From Phycisphaeraceae bacterium (lineage in GTDB: Bacteria > Planctomycetota > Phycisphaerae > Phycisphaerales > Phycisphaeraceae): a stretch of 64,000 bases of DNA. The DNA lies in NCBI GenBank assembly GCA_963674705.1, contig OY771506.1, positions 2,208,001 through 2,272,000 on the forward strand. The letters are read 5' to 3'. The notes under the pieces are model-generated. The model saw nothing but the letters and a program-made list of their open reading frames with translations, was not told the DNA's origin and did not search any database. This document shows positions 18,820 through 29,523 of the stretch, one piece after another. Position 1 is the first letter of the stretch; each line of letters starts with the position of its first letter. The position numbers were made by a program, and so were the translations under genes.

Positions 18820-21012
18820 ATGCTGCGCCGGAACTGTTATCAAGCGGTTGTGTCACTGTCGCTCATTCTGGGTGTGGCGATGACCGCACATGCACAGGAC
18901 GCTTTCTACACCTTCACCTCAGCCACGGACGGCATCAGTTGGCCCGCCTCTCCGACCGGATTGTTGAATTACGATTCTTTCTGGGCGGATGACACCCTGG
19001 GCGGTTACAACCGATTCGACAACTACACTGAAAACAGCGTCTTTTTCGATAGCCAATACCAGGCTGCCGGTAACAGCAGCTTGATCGATAGCGACGCCAT
19101 GTGGGGCAACCCGATCGATAACTACGGCTACGCAAGCATCGACGTCGATTTCGGCGACGACTGGAACACGATGGCCGACACAGTTGCATTTGATATCGCC
19201 CTGGCGATGACCGGACAAGACGCGCCGGACTATATCAGCATCGACTTTTATGACAATTTTGAGAACTACGCCTCAGAAACATACAGCCTCAATGAAGTGT
19301 TCAACGCGGGTAGCGCCTTCGGCGGATTCAATGGTTACGCCGGGCACATCAGCGTCAGCGCTGCCAACCTCATCGGCTACAACGGCTCGCTGGCCGGCAT
19401 CACGGGTATGTCCATCAACCTCTCTGACATCGTTACCCCGGGCGGCACATCGGAGTTCGCCATCGATAACTTCGAGGTTAACGGCGATGGCGTCGATCCC
19501 GGACTCGATCCGGAAAACTCCGAAGTCGTATTCAATACGAGCGGCGTCGCCACCAACATGATCCGTAACAAATACGACTTCACCTTCGGCTATGTCGATG
19601 TTGAAAATATCGGTACCGGCGGCACGACCTATAGCGTTACCCTCGATCCCTCGTCCGATCCTGAATTCGTCGTCGCCACACCCGCGACCAACCAGATCAT
19701 CGCAGGCGGCGTGACGATCACGAACGGCTCGGACAATATCGCCACCATTTCCCAATCGACTCTCTCCGGCGATTACCAGGCCAGCGCGACATTGACCAAT
19801 GACCTCAATCCGCTGGATGCCGACGACCAGGTGACCTACGACATTACAGTCTTCGATCCACCTTCGACAACCGACGACTCAGGCTCGACCGTCCAGGTGG
19901 ATGTGGACCCGATCATCTATATCGAGAATGCCGCCGCCGGCCCTCACGCCGGGGCTCGCCGCGCGAGTGTTGAAGTGACCAATCGTTCCTTCCCCGCCGA
20001 CGGATTTTCCGTGGACGGGCTTTACGTCGGCGACCGGTCCGATGCGGGTGAGACCGAGACCGCGACCGTGATGTTTGATCGTTACGGCCGGGTCAACGGC
20101 ACCTACACCGGCTACTTTGCGGTCAGCTTGAAGATGGCCGATCCCAACCGCAGCTACCTGAACGGTGCGTCGCCCGTGCCCGACATCACCTGGAACCTGG
20201 CATATGACCTTGGCACGATCAGCAGCGACAACGCTTCGGTGAGTGTGAGTGATCCGCTTGGGCCGAGTGTCGTGGGTGTGAACGATGCGGCGACGGCGGC
20301 GACGATTTTGGACGGGCAGAGCAACGCGAATCAGACGGTTTCGATGGCGCTGACGAGCGACCCAGGCAGCAACGCGGACCTGGCGGGTACGCCGGTAGAC
20401 CTGATGTTCTCCGGCGGCAGCGCGCAGGGCCCCTACGTGCTGCAGTTCACATACCTGGACGGCAACATCCCCGGCGGCGTCAGCGAGTCGGACCTTAAGG
20501 TGCTCTTCTACGACACGCTGGCCGGCGAATGGGCGGCAGCAGTTGACGGCAACAGCGGCGGTAGCGCCACGTTCTACAACGGATCGTATAACAGCTATCT
20601 GATGTTCGTCGGCGGGGGCGTGCTGGACGCCGGTGACCTCGGCGTCTTCGGTGTGGATACCTTCAACAACAAAGCCTGGGCGATCATCGATCACGCCAGC
20701 ATCTTCGCGGTGGGCGTGCTCTCATCCGGTTCGCTCCCCGGCGATCTTAACGGCGATGGTTTCGTCGGACTCGACGACCTGGACATCATCCTCAGCAACT
20801 GGAATCAGACCGTCCCGCCCGGCAATCCTTTAGCGGACGTATCCGGCCCCGGCGGTACACCCGATGGTTATGTCGGTTTAGACGATCTGGATGTTGTGCT
20901 GTCTAACTGGAACAACGGCACGCCTCCAAGTCATTTATCAAACATCCCTGAGCCAACAACATTCGCATTGATCGGATCGGGCGCACTTTTATTGTTGCGC
21001 CGTACACATTGA
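18820..21012 (+). CDS. Secreted acidic protein with C-terminal dockerin-like repeats and PEP-CTERM tail
   Basis: Signal peptide ending AHA, GDLNGDGFVGLDDLDIILSNWN x2, IPEP + TM + RR. Confidence 0.85.
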   Translation: MLRRNCYQAVVSLSLILGVAMTAHAQDAFYTFTSATDGISWPASPTGLLNYDSFWADDTLGGYNRFDNYTENSVFFDSQYQAAGNSSLIDSDAMWGNPIDNYGYASIDVDFGDDWNTMADTVAFDIALAMTGQDAPDYISIDFYDNFENYASETYSLNEVFNAGSAFGGFNGYAGHISVSAANLIGYNGSLAGITGMSINLSDIVTPGGTSEFAIDNFEVNGDGVDPGLDPENSEVVFNTSGVATNMIRNKYDFTFGYVDVENIGTGGTTYSVTLDPSSDPEFVVATPATNQIIAGGVTITNGSDNIATISQSTLSGDYQASATLTNDLNPLDADDQVTYDITVFDPPSTTDDSGSTVQVDVDPIIYIENAAAGPHAGARRASVEVTNRSFPADGFSVDGLYVGDRSDAGETETATVMFDRYGRVNGTYTGYFAVSLKMADPNRSYLNGASPVPDITWNLAYDLGTISSDNASVSVSDPLGPSVVGVNDAATAATILDGQSNANQTVSMALTSDPGSNADLAGTPVDLMFSGGSAQGPYVLQFTYLDGNIPGGVSESDLKVLFYDTLAGEWAAAVDGNSGGSATFYNGSYNSYLMFVGGGVLDAGDLGVFGVDTFNNKAWAIIDHASIFAVGVLSSGSLPGDLNGDGFVGLDDLDIILSNWNQTVPPGNPLADVSGPGGTPDGYVGLDDLDVVLSNWNNGTPPSHLSNIPEPTTFALIGSGALLLLRRTH

Positions 21013-21106
21013 TAAATGTGATGCATGTATAACAGTAGAGATGAACATCTATACAATTGTTCGAACGTTAAGATTCTATATTTTTGTTAACAATAATAGA
21101 AATTAC

Positions 21107-21135
21107 TTGTTCAAATCTTGACGTATTGTTATACT
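21107..21135 (+). promoter_or_regulatory. Candidate sigma70 promoter (extended -10)
   Basis: TTGTTC-N17-TATACT with TG upstream of the -10. Confidence 0.45.
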
Positions 21136-21409
21136 CGCAGTCCAGCAAAATGAGGGCGGATCTCATTTTTATTTTCGTGTGATGAGTGTCACCGCTTTCG
21201 TGCGCTAATACACGCGCATGTATTCGCGGTCTTGGTGTGCGCAGGTTTTACGCACGCTTCAACTTGTCCTTGAAAATCGGTCAGGAGCTTCAGCAACAAA
21301 ACTAATTTGTCATACGGCTATGTGTTGCGCCGAACCGTCGCACATGGACGCCGTCCTTTTTCGTTTGGAACTTAGAGCGAATCACTTAACTTAGATCAGG
21401 AGCGGATTC

Positions 21410-24400
21410 ATGAAGGATCAGAAATGTACACCGAAGATGACTCGGTGGGGGATCAATCTATCGTTCTTAGCCGTCGCCATGTGCGCCACGACACCTGCGG
21501 TGGCGGTCGATTGGGACGACGCCGGCGGCTCAGCCAGCAAACTGTGGTCGGACTTCGGCAACTGGAATCCCGACGGCAGCCCCAGCGGACAGGCCGTGAA
21601 CATCGGTAACCTCGCCGGCGCAGCCAACGACACCACCATCTTCGATGGCGGTTACCAGATCTCCTCGCTGACCATCACCAACGGCGCCGATGTCGTCAAC
21701 AGCACCGACAATGGCGCTACCGACGATTTTGAACTCGTCGTCAACGGCGACACCACCGTCAGCGGCTCCGGCAGCTCGATTATCATTTACGGCGGTGATC
21801 CCGACGGTCTCGACACCAATAACCTCACCATCAACAGCGGCGCAAGCGTGATTATCAACTCCACCACCGCGCAAGGCACCGCGGTTATCGAAGTGGACGG
21901 CGGTTCCGGCACCGGTCTGCTCGATATCAACTCCGGCGGCACCCTCATCGGCACCGGCCGAATCGATCTCGAAGCCGCCCCCGTTTCCGCAACAAACCTG
22001 ATTTCCAACGACGGCACGATCACGGCCAACACCACGCCTCTCATCTTCGGGTTCGCTCCCGCTGCCGGCACGCTGCAGATCACGGCTTTAAGCACTAACG
22101 CACGATTCGACTGGGACGGCAGCAGCGGTAACGGCGTACTTAACGTCAACGGCAACCAGACCCTCGACGTTGATGTCGATACGGGGACTGATGCCTTCAG
22201 CGGCACGATGAACCTCTCCACCGGCTCGTCGCTTGATATGGCTAACGGTTGGAGCATGGATACCGGAACCATCAACGCCAACACCCCAGCGTTCGGTCTG
22301 ATCATCATCGGTCAGGACCCGAACCCCGGACCGGCCGCCGTCATCAAGGGAAGCAACTGGACCATGACCGGCGGTACCATCAACGTCGACGATGCATGGG
22401 ATACACTGCAGCTTGATACCCAACTCGTCGCCTCCGGCGGAACCATCAACAACAACGGCACGATGGTCTTCAACGGTGGCGCAACCCTCCAGAGCGGTGT
22501 CGACTTCAACATGAATAGCAACGACTCCTCGCTCGTGGTTAATTCCACCGTCAACATCGATACCCCCGATTTTAATCTTGATGGCAACGAGGCCGCCGGC
22601 AACGTCACCACCATCAACGCCGGTGGCAACCTTGACATCGACGCCGGCGCAGGCGCTGACCTCAGCTTCGGACACACCATCAATATGAACGGCGGCGAAC
22701 TGGATGTGACCTCCACCACCGCCACCAACTGGGCGCTGAATTCCTTGGGCAGCCTGAACGTCGCAGGCAATGCGACCTCCACCATCAACAGCTCGGGGCT
22801 GCCTTTCCAGATCTCCGGCAACGTCAAAGTTGCCGATACGTCACTGCTGAACGTCAACTCTACCGCAGAGTTCTATAGCGCGGTCGATGTTGTCATCGAC
22901 GCCGGCAGCACACTCAACATGGCAACTGCTACTTATAACGGCGGTAACTACACCGGCAGCGGCATCTTCCGTCCCGGTGTCTCCACCATTGCTACCAGCA
23001 CGACATGGGGTGTCAGTATTGTCGACTTCGATGACGGCAACACCACTGTCAGCAACGGCGCAACACTCACTATCAACGCCGACAGCATCGAGGATGCCGG
23101 CGACGGCATCGATGGTACCACCACCATCGAAGACACCGGCCTGATCCAGTTCAACCTCACCGGCGGCGCCGACGTCATCTTCGACGCCGACCTGACCTAT
23201 AACGGCGATACAATCAGCAGCAACTTCATCCTGCAGTCAACAACAGGCTCCGCCATCCACTTCCAGGGCAATGTCGCCGACCTCAACATCAACGGCGACG
23301 GCGGTTCACTCGAACGCCTCATCTTTTCGGGCGGCTCTCGCCTTAATATCAACGACGTCGCCGAAGACTTCCGCTTAGGTGGCGGTTCGCTTACCGCCGG
23401 CAGCACCAACGAAATCGACGGCAGCACCATCAATGGCCCCGGTACACTCCAGGCCAGCACCGGCCGTGCCCTCCGCGGTAACGGCACGATCAACGCCCCG
23501 ATCGACTTCGACGGTACCGCCCAACTCATCGCCACCGGTGGGACGCTCATCGTTAACGGCGCACTCGTCGATGTCGGCACACTCGGCACCAGCGGCGGCT
23601 CTGCTGTCCTCAACGTGACGAATACCTGGAACACCAACGTGACCACTACCGTCTTGCTGCAAGGCGGATCTATCATCGGCTCGACCATCACAAACGATGG
23701 GGCCGATGGTATCAACGGCAACGGCACCGTCTCCGCTCGCATCATCAACAACTCCGTCGTCGATGCCGAAGGCGGCAATCTGACAATCAACAATACCACT
23801 AACGACTGGGACGGCTCAACCAACACCGGTTTGCTACGAGCCATCACCGGCGACCTCCAACTGATCGACAACGCCGCGTTCATCTTCCAAGGCACCGTCG
23901 AAGTAAACAATGGCCGACAGGTCTTCGCCAACGGCTTCGAGCTTGAATTCGATCCGGGCTCCCGCCTGCTGCTGCACGGCGGCACCTACCGCTCCACCAA
24001 CGCGACCGACATCGGCGGTATCGTGACCGTGGACACCGCGGCCAGCACCATCCAGAACGGTGGTACCACCATCTTCGAATCCACCAGCAGCACGACGCTC
24101 AACGCGAACCTGCTGCTGAACAACCCCACGACCCGTGTCCAGTCCGGGGCAAGCTTCTCCGGCGGTTCGACACTCATCAATGCTCAGAACCGAGCGTTGG
24201 TGATCGAAGACGGCGCCGATATCGATGTACTGATTCAAAACCGCGGTACGCTTGAATCCGGTTTGGTACTCGGTCAGAGTTCCGGTCTGGACTTCGAGCA
24301 GACCGTTGCCGGTACGTGGAACGTCGATCTCAACGGCACCGGTCTCAACGATTACGACCGCATGACACTCACCGGCATCGCCTCACTCGCAGGCACGCTG

Positions 24401-24859
24401 GACATCGCAGCGATCGGCGGCTTCGCCCCCTCGCTCGGTGACAGCTTCACCATCCTGCTGGCCAGCAACATCATCGGCACGTTCGATAGCGTGTTAGGTT
24501 CACCCGGTGCGGGCCTTGAATACGATGTCATCTACAACGCCACCAACGTGACGATCGAAGTCGTCAACGCGGTGCTCTTGCCCGGCGACCTCAACAACGA
24601 CGGCTTCGTCGGCCTGGATGACCTGGACATCGTCCTGGCCAACTGGAACCAGTCCGTCCCGCCGGCCGACCCGGCTGCCGACCCCTCCGGCGACAACTTC
24701 GTCGGCCTGGACGACCTGGACATCGTGCTGAACAACTGGAACGCCGGCACGCCCCCGACCAGCAGCGCCGCCGTCCCCGAACCCGGCGCAGCTTTGCTGC
24801 TGGCTTCGATGGGCATTGGTATGGTTGCTCGACGTGGCCGCAAAACCAAAAACAACTGA
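21410..24859 (+). CDS. Large beta-helix (autotransporter-passenger-like) secreted protein with dockerin-like repeats and PEP-CTERM tail
   Basis: G/N/T/D-rich beta-strand repeats, GDLNNDGFVGLDDLDIVLANWN x2, VPEP + TM + RRGRK. Confidence 0.85.
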   Translation: MKDQKCTPKMTRWGINLSFLAVAMCATTPAVAVDWDDAGGSASKLWSDFGNWNPDGSPSGQAVNIGNLAGAANDTTIFDGGYQISSLTITNGADVVNSTDNGATDDFELVVNGDTTVSGSGSSIIIYGGDPDGLDTNNLTINSGASVIINSTTAQGTAVIEVDGGSGTGLLDINSGGTLIGTGRIDLEAAPVSATNLISNDGTITANTTPLIFGFAPAAGTLQITALSTNARFDWDGSSGNGVLNVNGNQTLDVDVDTGTDAFSGTMNLSTGSSLDMANGWSMDTGTINANTPAFGLIIIGQDPNPGPAAVIKGSNWTMTGGTINVDDAWDTLQLDTQLVASGGTINNNGTMVFNGGATLQSGVDFNMNSNDSSLVVNSTVNIDTPDFNLDGNEAAGNVTTINAGGNLDIDAGAGADLSFGHTINMNGGELDVTSTTATNWALNSLGSLNVAGNATSTINSSGLPFQISGNVKVADTSLLNVNSTAEFYSAVDVVIDAGSTLNMATATYNGGNYTGSGIFRPGVSTIATSTTWGVSIVDFDDGNTTVSNGATLTINADSIEDAGDGIDGTTTIEDTGLIQFNLTGGADVIFDADLTYNGDTISSNFILQSTTGSAIHFQGNVADLNINGDGGSLERLIFSGGSRLNINDVAEDFRLGGGSLTAGSTNEIDGSTINGPGTLQASTGRALRGNGTINAPIDFDGTAQLIATGGTLIVNGALVDVGTLGTSGGSAVLNVTNTWNTNVTTTVLLQGGSIIGSTITNDGADGINGNGTVSARIINNSVVDAEGGNLTINNTTNDWDGSTNTGLLRAITGDLQLIDNAAFIFQGTVEVNNGRQVFANGFELEFDPGSRLLLHGGTYRSTNATDIGGIVTVDTAASTIQNGGTTIFESTSSTTLNANLLLNNPTTRVQSGASFSGGSTLINAQNRALVIEDGADIDVLIQNRGTLESGLVLGQSSGLDFEQTVAGTWNVDLNGTGLNDYDRMTLTGIASLAGTLDIAAIGGFAPSLGDSFTILLASNIIGTFDSVLGSPGAGLEYDVIYNATNVTIEVVNAVLLPGDLNNDGFVGLDDLDIVLANWNQSVPPADPAADPSGDNFVGLDDLDIVLNNWNAGTPPTSSAAVPEPGAALLLASMGIGMVARRGRKTKNN

Positions 24860-24966
24860 GCAGGTAATACGCATGAAGTGTTCATGATGGATCGAATAGC
24901 AAACACAACCTGATTTTGTCGATCAGAACACTTTTAGCCTGAAGTTCAGAAAACACGTTTATACTC

Positions 24967-25020
24967 AGCCGTGACCAGGAGATTACTCACGCCAATCTCC
25001 TGGTTCACGGCTCTTTTTTT
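24967..25020 (+). terminator. Rho-independent terminator
   Basis: AGCCGTGACCAGGAGATT...AATCTCCTGGTTCACGGCT followed by T7. Confidence 0.8.
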
Positions 25021-25414
25021 ATGTACTTCTTTTTACGATGAAACACATCAAACCAAGCGGTGCTAAGTTTTCCGTCATATCTGTGACGGTATTTTCAAGC
25101 TACGAACAAATGCGCTATGGCCGGGCTGCGAAATACACGGACTGTATTGGCATGTCACTGAAACGTTCATATTCAAGCGATGATCCACTCTCACGAGATA
25201 TTCAATATAAATTTTAGTTTCCTGCGGTCGAAATAGATGGAAAGACTCAGCGCGCTATGTTACGCTCAGTGAGTCAACCGCGGGTCTGCAGACGTCGGTC
25301 TGGGGAGCACCGCGGGCGGGATTGGTTCAGTAATTTGCCGATGACAAGTTTGTTGCTCTCATAAGACACTTCACACACGACGCCCCGCGCCCGCCCAGCG
25401 AAAAGGGGTTCGTC

Positions 25415-26395
25415 ATGTCGATGCGCTTGCTTGTTGTACTTGCAATCTTTTTCTCAGCCGCGACCGCGCTTGGTGAATATCAACTTATCGAGGATTACAG
25501 CGCGCTGAGCCTGGGTGATATCGACGAACAATCAGGCTGGATCGCCTCAGCTGGCACCGCCGAGGTCGCCATCGATCCGGATGATGCGGCCAACCAGGTT
25601 ATGGCTGTGCATACCAACTCCGGACTCGTCCGTTATCCGCTGACCGTCGCCAACGACGAAACGCACATGCTCTTCTTCCGCCTGCGCTTCGCGGTGCAGC
25701 AGAAGTACTCCATCGGTCTTTCGCCATTGACCTACCCCTCAGAGTTCAGCGACTTCGGCCCGGAACTCGGCATGGCCAACGAAAGCAACGACCTGCACGT
25801 CTGGGACGACGAAGCCAATCCCAACTACGTCGAACTCGATACGCTCAACCAGGACAACTGGTACAACGTCTGGATGTGGATCGACTCGGCCAACGACCAG
25901 TACAAGGTCTGGGTCAACGACGCATCCGAATCCTATGCCGATGCCGGCGACATGTTGTCCGACGGCGACAACGACCTGTTCGACTTCCGTATCTCCGGCT
26001 TAAGCGACTTCGTCAAGTTCTACATCAAAACCGGCGGTGGTGGGGCGCCCGGTGCGCCCGACGGCCCGGTCTACATCGATGACCTCTATCTCAACATCAC
26101 CGACGGCGAATTCAACCTCAACAACCCGACCGCTCTGATCGGCGACGTCAACGGCGACGGCTACGTCGGCCTTGATGATCTGGACATCATCCTCAGCAAC
26201 TGGAACCAGACCATCCCACCCGCTGATCCACGCGCCGACCTGACCGGCGACAACTACGTCGGCCTAGACGACCTGGACGTCATCCTCATCGGTTGGAACA
26301 ACGGCACACCACCGAGTTTACTCAGCATCCCCGAGCCGATTACTGTTTTCTTTATGGGGGGAGGGCTGTTGGCTTGCCTTACGTACAGGCGCTAA
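25415..26395 (+). CDS. Secreted protein (possible jelly-roll domain) with dockerin-like repeats and PEP-CTERM tail
   Basis: Signal peptide, WYNVWMWID, YIDDLY, GDVNGDGYVGLDDLD x2, IPEP + TM + RR. Confidence 0.85.
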   Translation: MSMRLLVVLAIFFSAATALGEYQLIEDYSALSLGDIDEQSGWIASAGTAEVAIDPDDAANQVMAVHTNSGLVRYPLTVANDETHMLFFRLRFAVQQKYSIGLSPLTYPSEFSDFGPELGMANESNDLHVWDDEANPNYVELDTLNQDNWYNVWMWIDSANDQYKVWVNDASESYADAGDMLSDGDNDLFDFRISGLSDFVKFYIKTGGGGAPGAPDGPVYIDDLYLNITDGEFNLNNPTALIGDVNGDGYVGLDDLDIILSNWNQTIPPADPRADLTGDNYVGLDDLDVILIGWNNGTPPSLLSIPEPITVFFMGGGLLACLTYRR

Positions 26396-26487
26396 ACCGA
26401 CTTACAGTCAGACCTGATGCACGGCTTGGTGTGCGAAAAACACGTGACAAGCATTCCAGGTAAGTTGTGCAGCGGTTCATATTGCTA

Positions 26488-26516
26488 TTGTTTGTGGTTT
26501 TTGCAACAGGTAGAAT
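26488..26516 (+). promoter_or_regulatory. Candidate sigma70 promoter
   Basis: TTGTTT-N17-TAGAAT. Confidence 0.45.
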
Positions 26517-26775
26517 AGCTGCCGATCAGCGGATCATTTGTGCATTGTGTCAGGGCGGATCTTGCGCGGCCAATATGCCGCGTGGGGGGTGGAGTTGTGG
26601 CATGCACACACACCTCATGTAATGACTTTGTCGCAACTACAGTTGTAGGGCCCCGCAGTGGATTGGGACTTCATGTAAACACCTATTGATACGTGTGCTC
26701 GCTGTATTGGTGATTCTGGCCACACACATTGTTCGGACACAACTTTCTCACATTTAACAATCAGGAGTCAACGCG

Positions 26776-29478
26776 ATGAGATCGCTTCGATGCAATTGGT
26801 TGGCGACTGTGCATTGTTTTGGCGCTGTCTTACTGTCTACAAGCAATGTTACAGCGACTGAATACACCTGGGACAATTGGTCCGGTGACAGTTCCTTCCA
26901 GACCGCGCTCAACTGGTCGCCGGTCGCCGTGCCTGGGACGACCGACACAGCGACGTTCGATGGTCTATTGGGTGGCAGCGGGATCGGCAACAATAACGTC
27001 TATGTTGCTGACGGTACGGCCGTCGAGGTCATGAAGGTAATTGACACGGCTATTGTCGACATGATTATCGGTGATGGTACGACCGCCAGTCGGTTCGATA
27101 TGGAACTGACCAGCGGTAATTCATTGATTATTGGCGACAGCAGCGGTGATACCGCGATATTCAATCTCAAGGGCGGTTGGCTCGATACCTGGCAGACATA
27201 CGTCAGTGGCAGAGCCAACTTTAATATCGTTGGCGCCGGCAGCTATTGGGATTCAACAGCGGTTCTGATCAGCGGTGACACAATCGCCAGCACCGCCGGT
27301 ATCGGTGTCGGCCTGTCGGCACAGATTGACAGTAACAGCCAGAATGTTGATGTCGGCAGCGACACGGGAAGTGGTCGTATTGTCGTGGATGGCACGCCGC
27401 AGGTGTTGTTCGGTCCGTCGGCGGCATGGGACGGGATCGGCGCGCTGGATGTCGGGCCGACCGGCACGTACGGCTTCAACTTCGGGCAGGTGACGCTTCA
27501 GGCCGGCGGTCAGTTAAGCGCGGCTTCCGCCGGCGTGCACGGCACCACCGACGTGCAAAGCAAGATCACCGTCAAGACCGGCGGCGACCTGACTGTCAGC
27601 GGCCTGCTGCAGATCGGGCCGTATAGCGCGTTGGAACTGATGAATACCGCGAGCAGCATCACGACCGGGCAACTCACTTCAACCGGGGGCAGTTTCAACT
27701 GGACAGGCGGAACACTGGAGATCTCGGCAAGCGAGCTTCATTTAGACAGCACCAATCCGGACAGTGTGTTCGGTAGCTCATTAACAGTTGGTAGTGGTAA
27801 AAAACTTATCACTTCAAATCCCAATGCCAGCGGCGCTTTTGACATCGGGCAGGTCGGAAGCGGGACGGGTTCTTTAACCGTGTCCGACGGAGGTATTGTT
27901 GAAAGCTACTTTGCGCATGTTGGAGAAGGAAACACCTCATCAGGCACGGCCCTGGTCAGCGGGACGGGATCACGCTGGGATATCAGCACGGATTTACGTA
28001 TTGGTGATCGGCACAGTGCTACTGGACAACTCACGATCCAGGACCAAGCGACGGTTACGGTCAGCAATCAACTTGCTCTGGGGCGCCAGGATACCGCCAA
28101 CGGTGATGTGATCGTAACTGATTCGGGCACGTTGTTGTCGGTCAATAAACGATTGGACGTCGCGGGTGGGTGGCAAGGTGGATCGGTATACAGTGACGGC
28201 GGCACAGGCTCGTTGACCGTCACCGGTGGCGGTCGCGTCGAGGTCGCATCTTTGCTCAAGGTCTGGAGCGGTGGAACGGTTACGGTTAACAGCCCCAGCA
28301 CGATTGTCGCCGACAAGGTCGATATCAGCGCGGGCGCGACGTTCAACATCAACGCCGGCGCAGTGCTTTATACCAACCAGTTGATCGGCTTCGGGAACAA
28401 TCCGGTAATCGGCGGCAACCTGCTGATCGGGCACGCCGACGGACCCACTGCTGCCAGCTACAGCGTCGGCTCGGGGCAGAGTCTGACCACAGGAAGCAAT
28501 CTCGTCATCGGCGTCGATAAGCCCGCCATGCTGATCGTCAGCGACGGTGGATATGTTAATTCCCTTAACGGCTTCATCGGTGGGATGCCGGGTTCTGATG
28601 GCAGCTCGGTGACGTTAAGCGGTTCCGGGTCTGGCTGGCACATCAATGGCGCACTGAACATCGGCGGCGACGGATACAACGTCGGTGGCCCGTCCACGTT
28701 ACTGATACAAAACGATGCGGCCGTGGACGCGGACGGGTGGGTCACTGCCTGGCCGGATTCGACGATTACACTCAATCTTGGCACACTTCACGCCGCGAAC
28801 GTCGAACTTGCCGGCGCCGAGTTGATCGGCAAGGGCCCCGTCAATCTTGGCAGCGGTATGCTCTTCAATGCCGGGAGGGTCTATCCTTATACCGGCGTGA
28901 TCGATGTGGCTGGTTCCTATAGTCAGGGCTCCGACGGTGAGTTGGCCTGTGTTCTGTACGGCCATGCCGGTATGCCGGGCGTGGACTTCAGCCAATTGAA
29001 TGTAAGTGGGGCAGCCAGTCTGGAAGGTGTGCTGAGGGTGTTTTATCAAACCCCATACACGCCGGCGCTCAGCGATAGTTTCCATATTCTCGCCGCTCCC
29101 TCGGGTATCACCGGCAGGTTCGACCAGGTCTTCTTACCCGACTTCGGGACGTTAGGCCTGCGAATCGACTATAACGATCCTTACTCAGTCTATATTCGTG
29201 CCGGGTTGACGGGTGATCTGAACGGTGACGGCTTCGTTGGTCTCGACGACCTGGACATCGTACTGAATCGTTGGAATCACAACGCCACGGCCGGTGTGTG
29301 GATCGAGGGCGATCCCTCCGGCGACGGATACGTAGGCCTGGCAGATCTCGACATCATCTTGAACAACTGGAACGCCGGCACGCCACCCGCTTCCGTCAGT
29401 ATCCCCGAGCCGGCTTCACTTCCATTCATCAGCGTATTCCTTTGCCTGACAACCTTACGGCGGAAACATCGCCACTGA
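26776..29478 (+). CDS. Secreted protein with T5SS/PEP-CTERM-associated beta repeats, dockerin-like repeats and PEP-CTERM tail
   Basis: Repeated GSLTVSDGG / VSGTGSRW / LTIQDQATV units, GDLNGDGFVGLDDLD x2, IPEP + TM + RRK. Confidence 0.85.
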   Translation: MRSLRCNWLATVHCFGAVLLSTSNVTATEYTWDNWSGDSSFQTALNWSPVAVPGTTDTATFDGLLGGSGIGNNNVYVADGTAVEVMKVIDTAIVDMIIGDGTTASRFDMELTSGNSLIIGDSSGDTAIFNLKGGWLDTWQTYVSGRANFNIVGAGSYWDSTAVLISGDTIASTAGIGVGLSAQIDSNSQNVDVGSDTGSGRIVVDGTPQVLFGPSAAWDGIGALDVGPTGTYGFNFGQVTLQAGGQLSAASAGVHGTTDVQSKITVKTGGDLTVSGLLQIGPYSALELMNTASSITTGQLTSTGGSFNWTGGTLEISASELHLDSTNPDSVFGSSLTVGSGKKLITSNPNASGAFDIGQVGSGTGSLTVSDGGIVESYFAHVGEGNTSSGTALVSGTGSRWDISTDLRIGDRHSATGQLTIQDQATVTVSNQLALGRQDTANGDVIVTDSGTLLSVNKRLDVAGGWQGGSVYSDGGTGSLTVTGGGRVEVASLLKVWSGGTVTVNSPSTIVADKVDISAGATFNINAGAVLYTNQLIGFGNNPVIGGNLLIGHADGPTAASYSVGSGQSLTTGSNLVIGVDKPAMLIVSDGGYVNSLNGFIGGMPGSDGSSVTLSGSGSGWHINGALNIGGDGYNVGGPSTLLIQNDAAVDADGWVTAWPDSTITLNLGTLHAANVELAGAELIGKGPVNLGSGMLFNAGRVYPYTGVIDVAGSYSQGSDGELACVLYGHAGMPGVDFSQLNVSGAASLEGVLRVFYQTPYTPALSDSFHILAAPSGITGRFDQVFLPDFGTLGLRIDYNDPYSVYIRAGLTGDLNGDGFVGLDDLDIVLNRWNHNATAGVWIEGDPSGDGYVGLADLDIILNNWNAGTPPASVSIPEPASLPFISVFLCLTTLRRKHRH

Positions 29479-29523
29479 TCTGACTAAACAATACAACCTG
29501 CGGCGGGGGAGAAGGAGCCAACG

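Noticed and set aside
20740..29400. Dockerin-coding DNA repeats as DGR template/variable repeats
   Set aside because: Differences are mostly synonymous and not adenine-specific, all copies are inside ORFs, and there is no RT.
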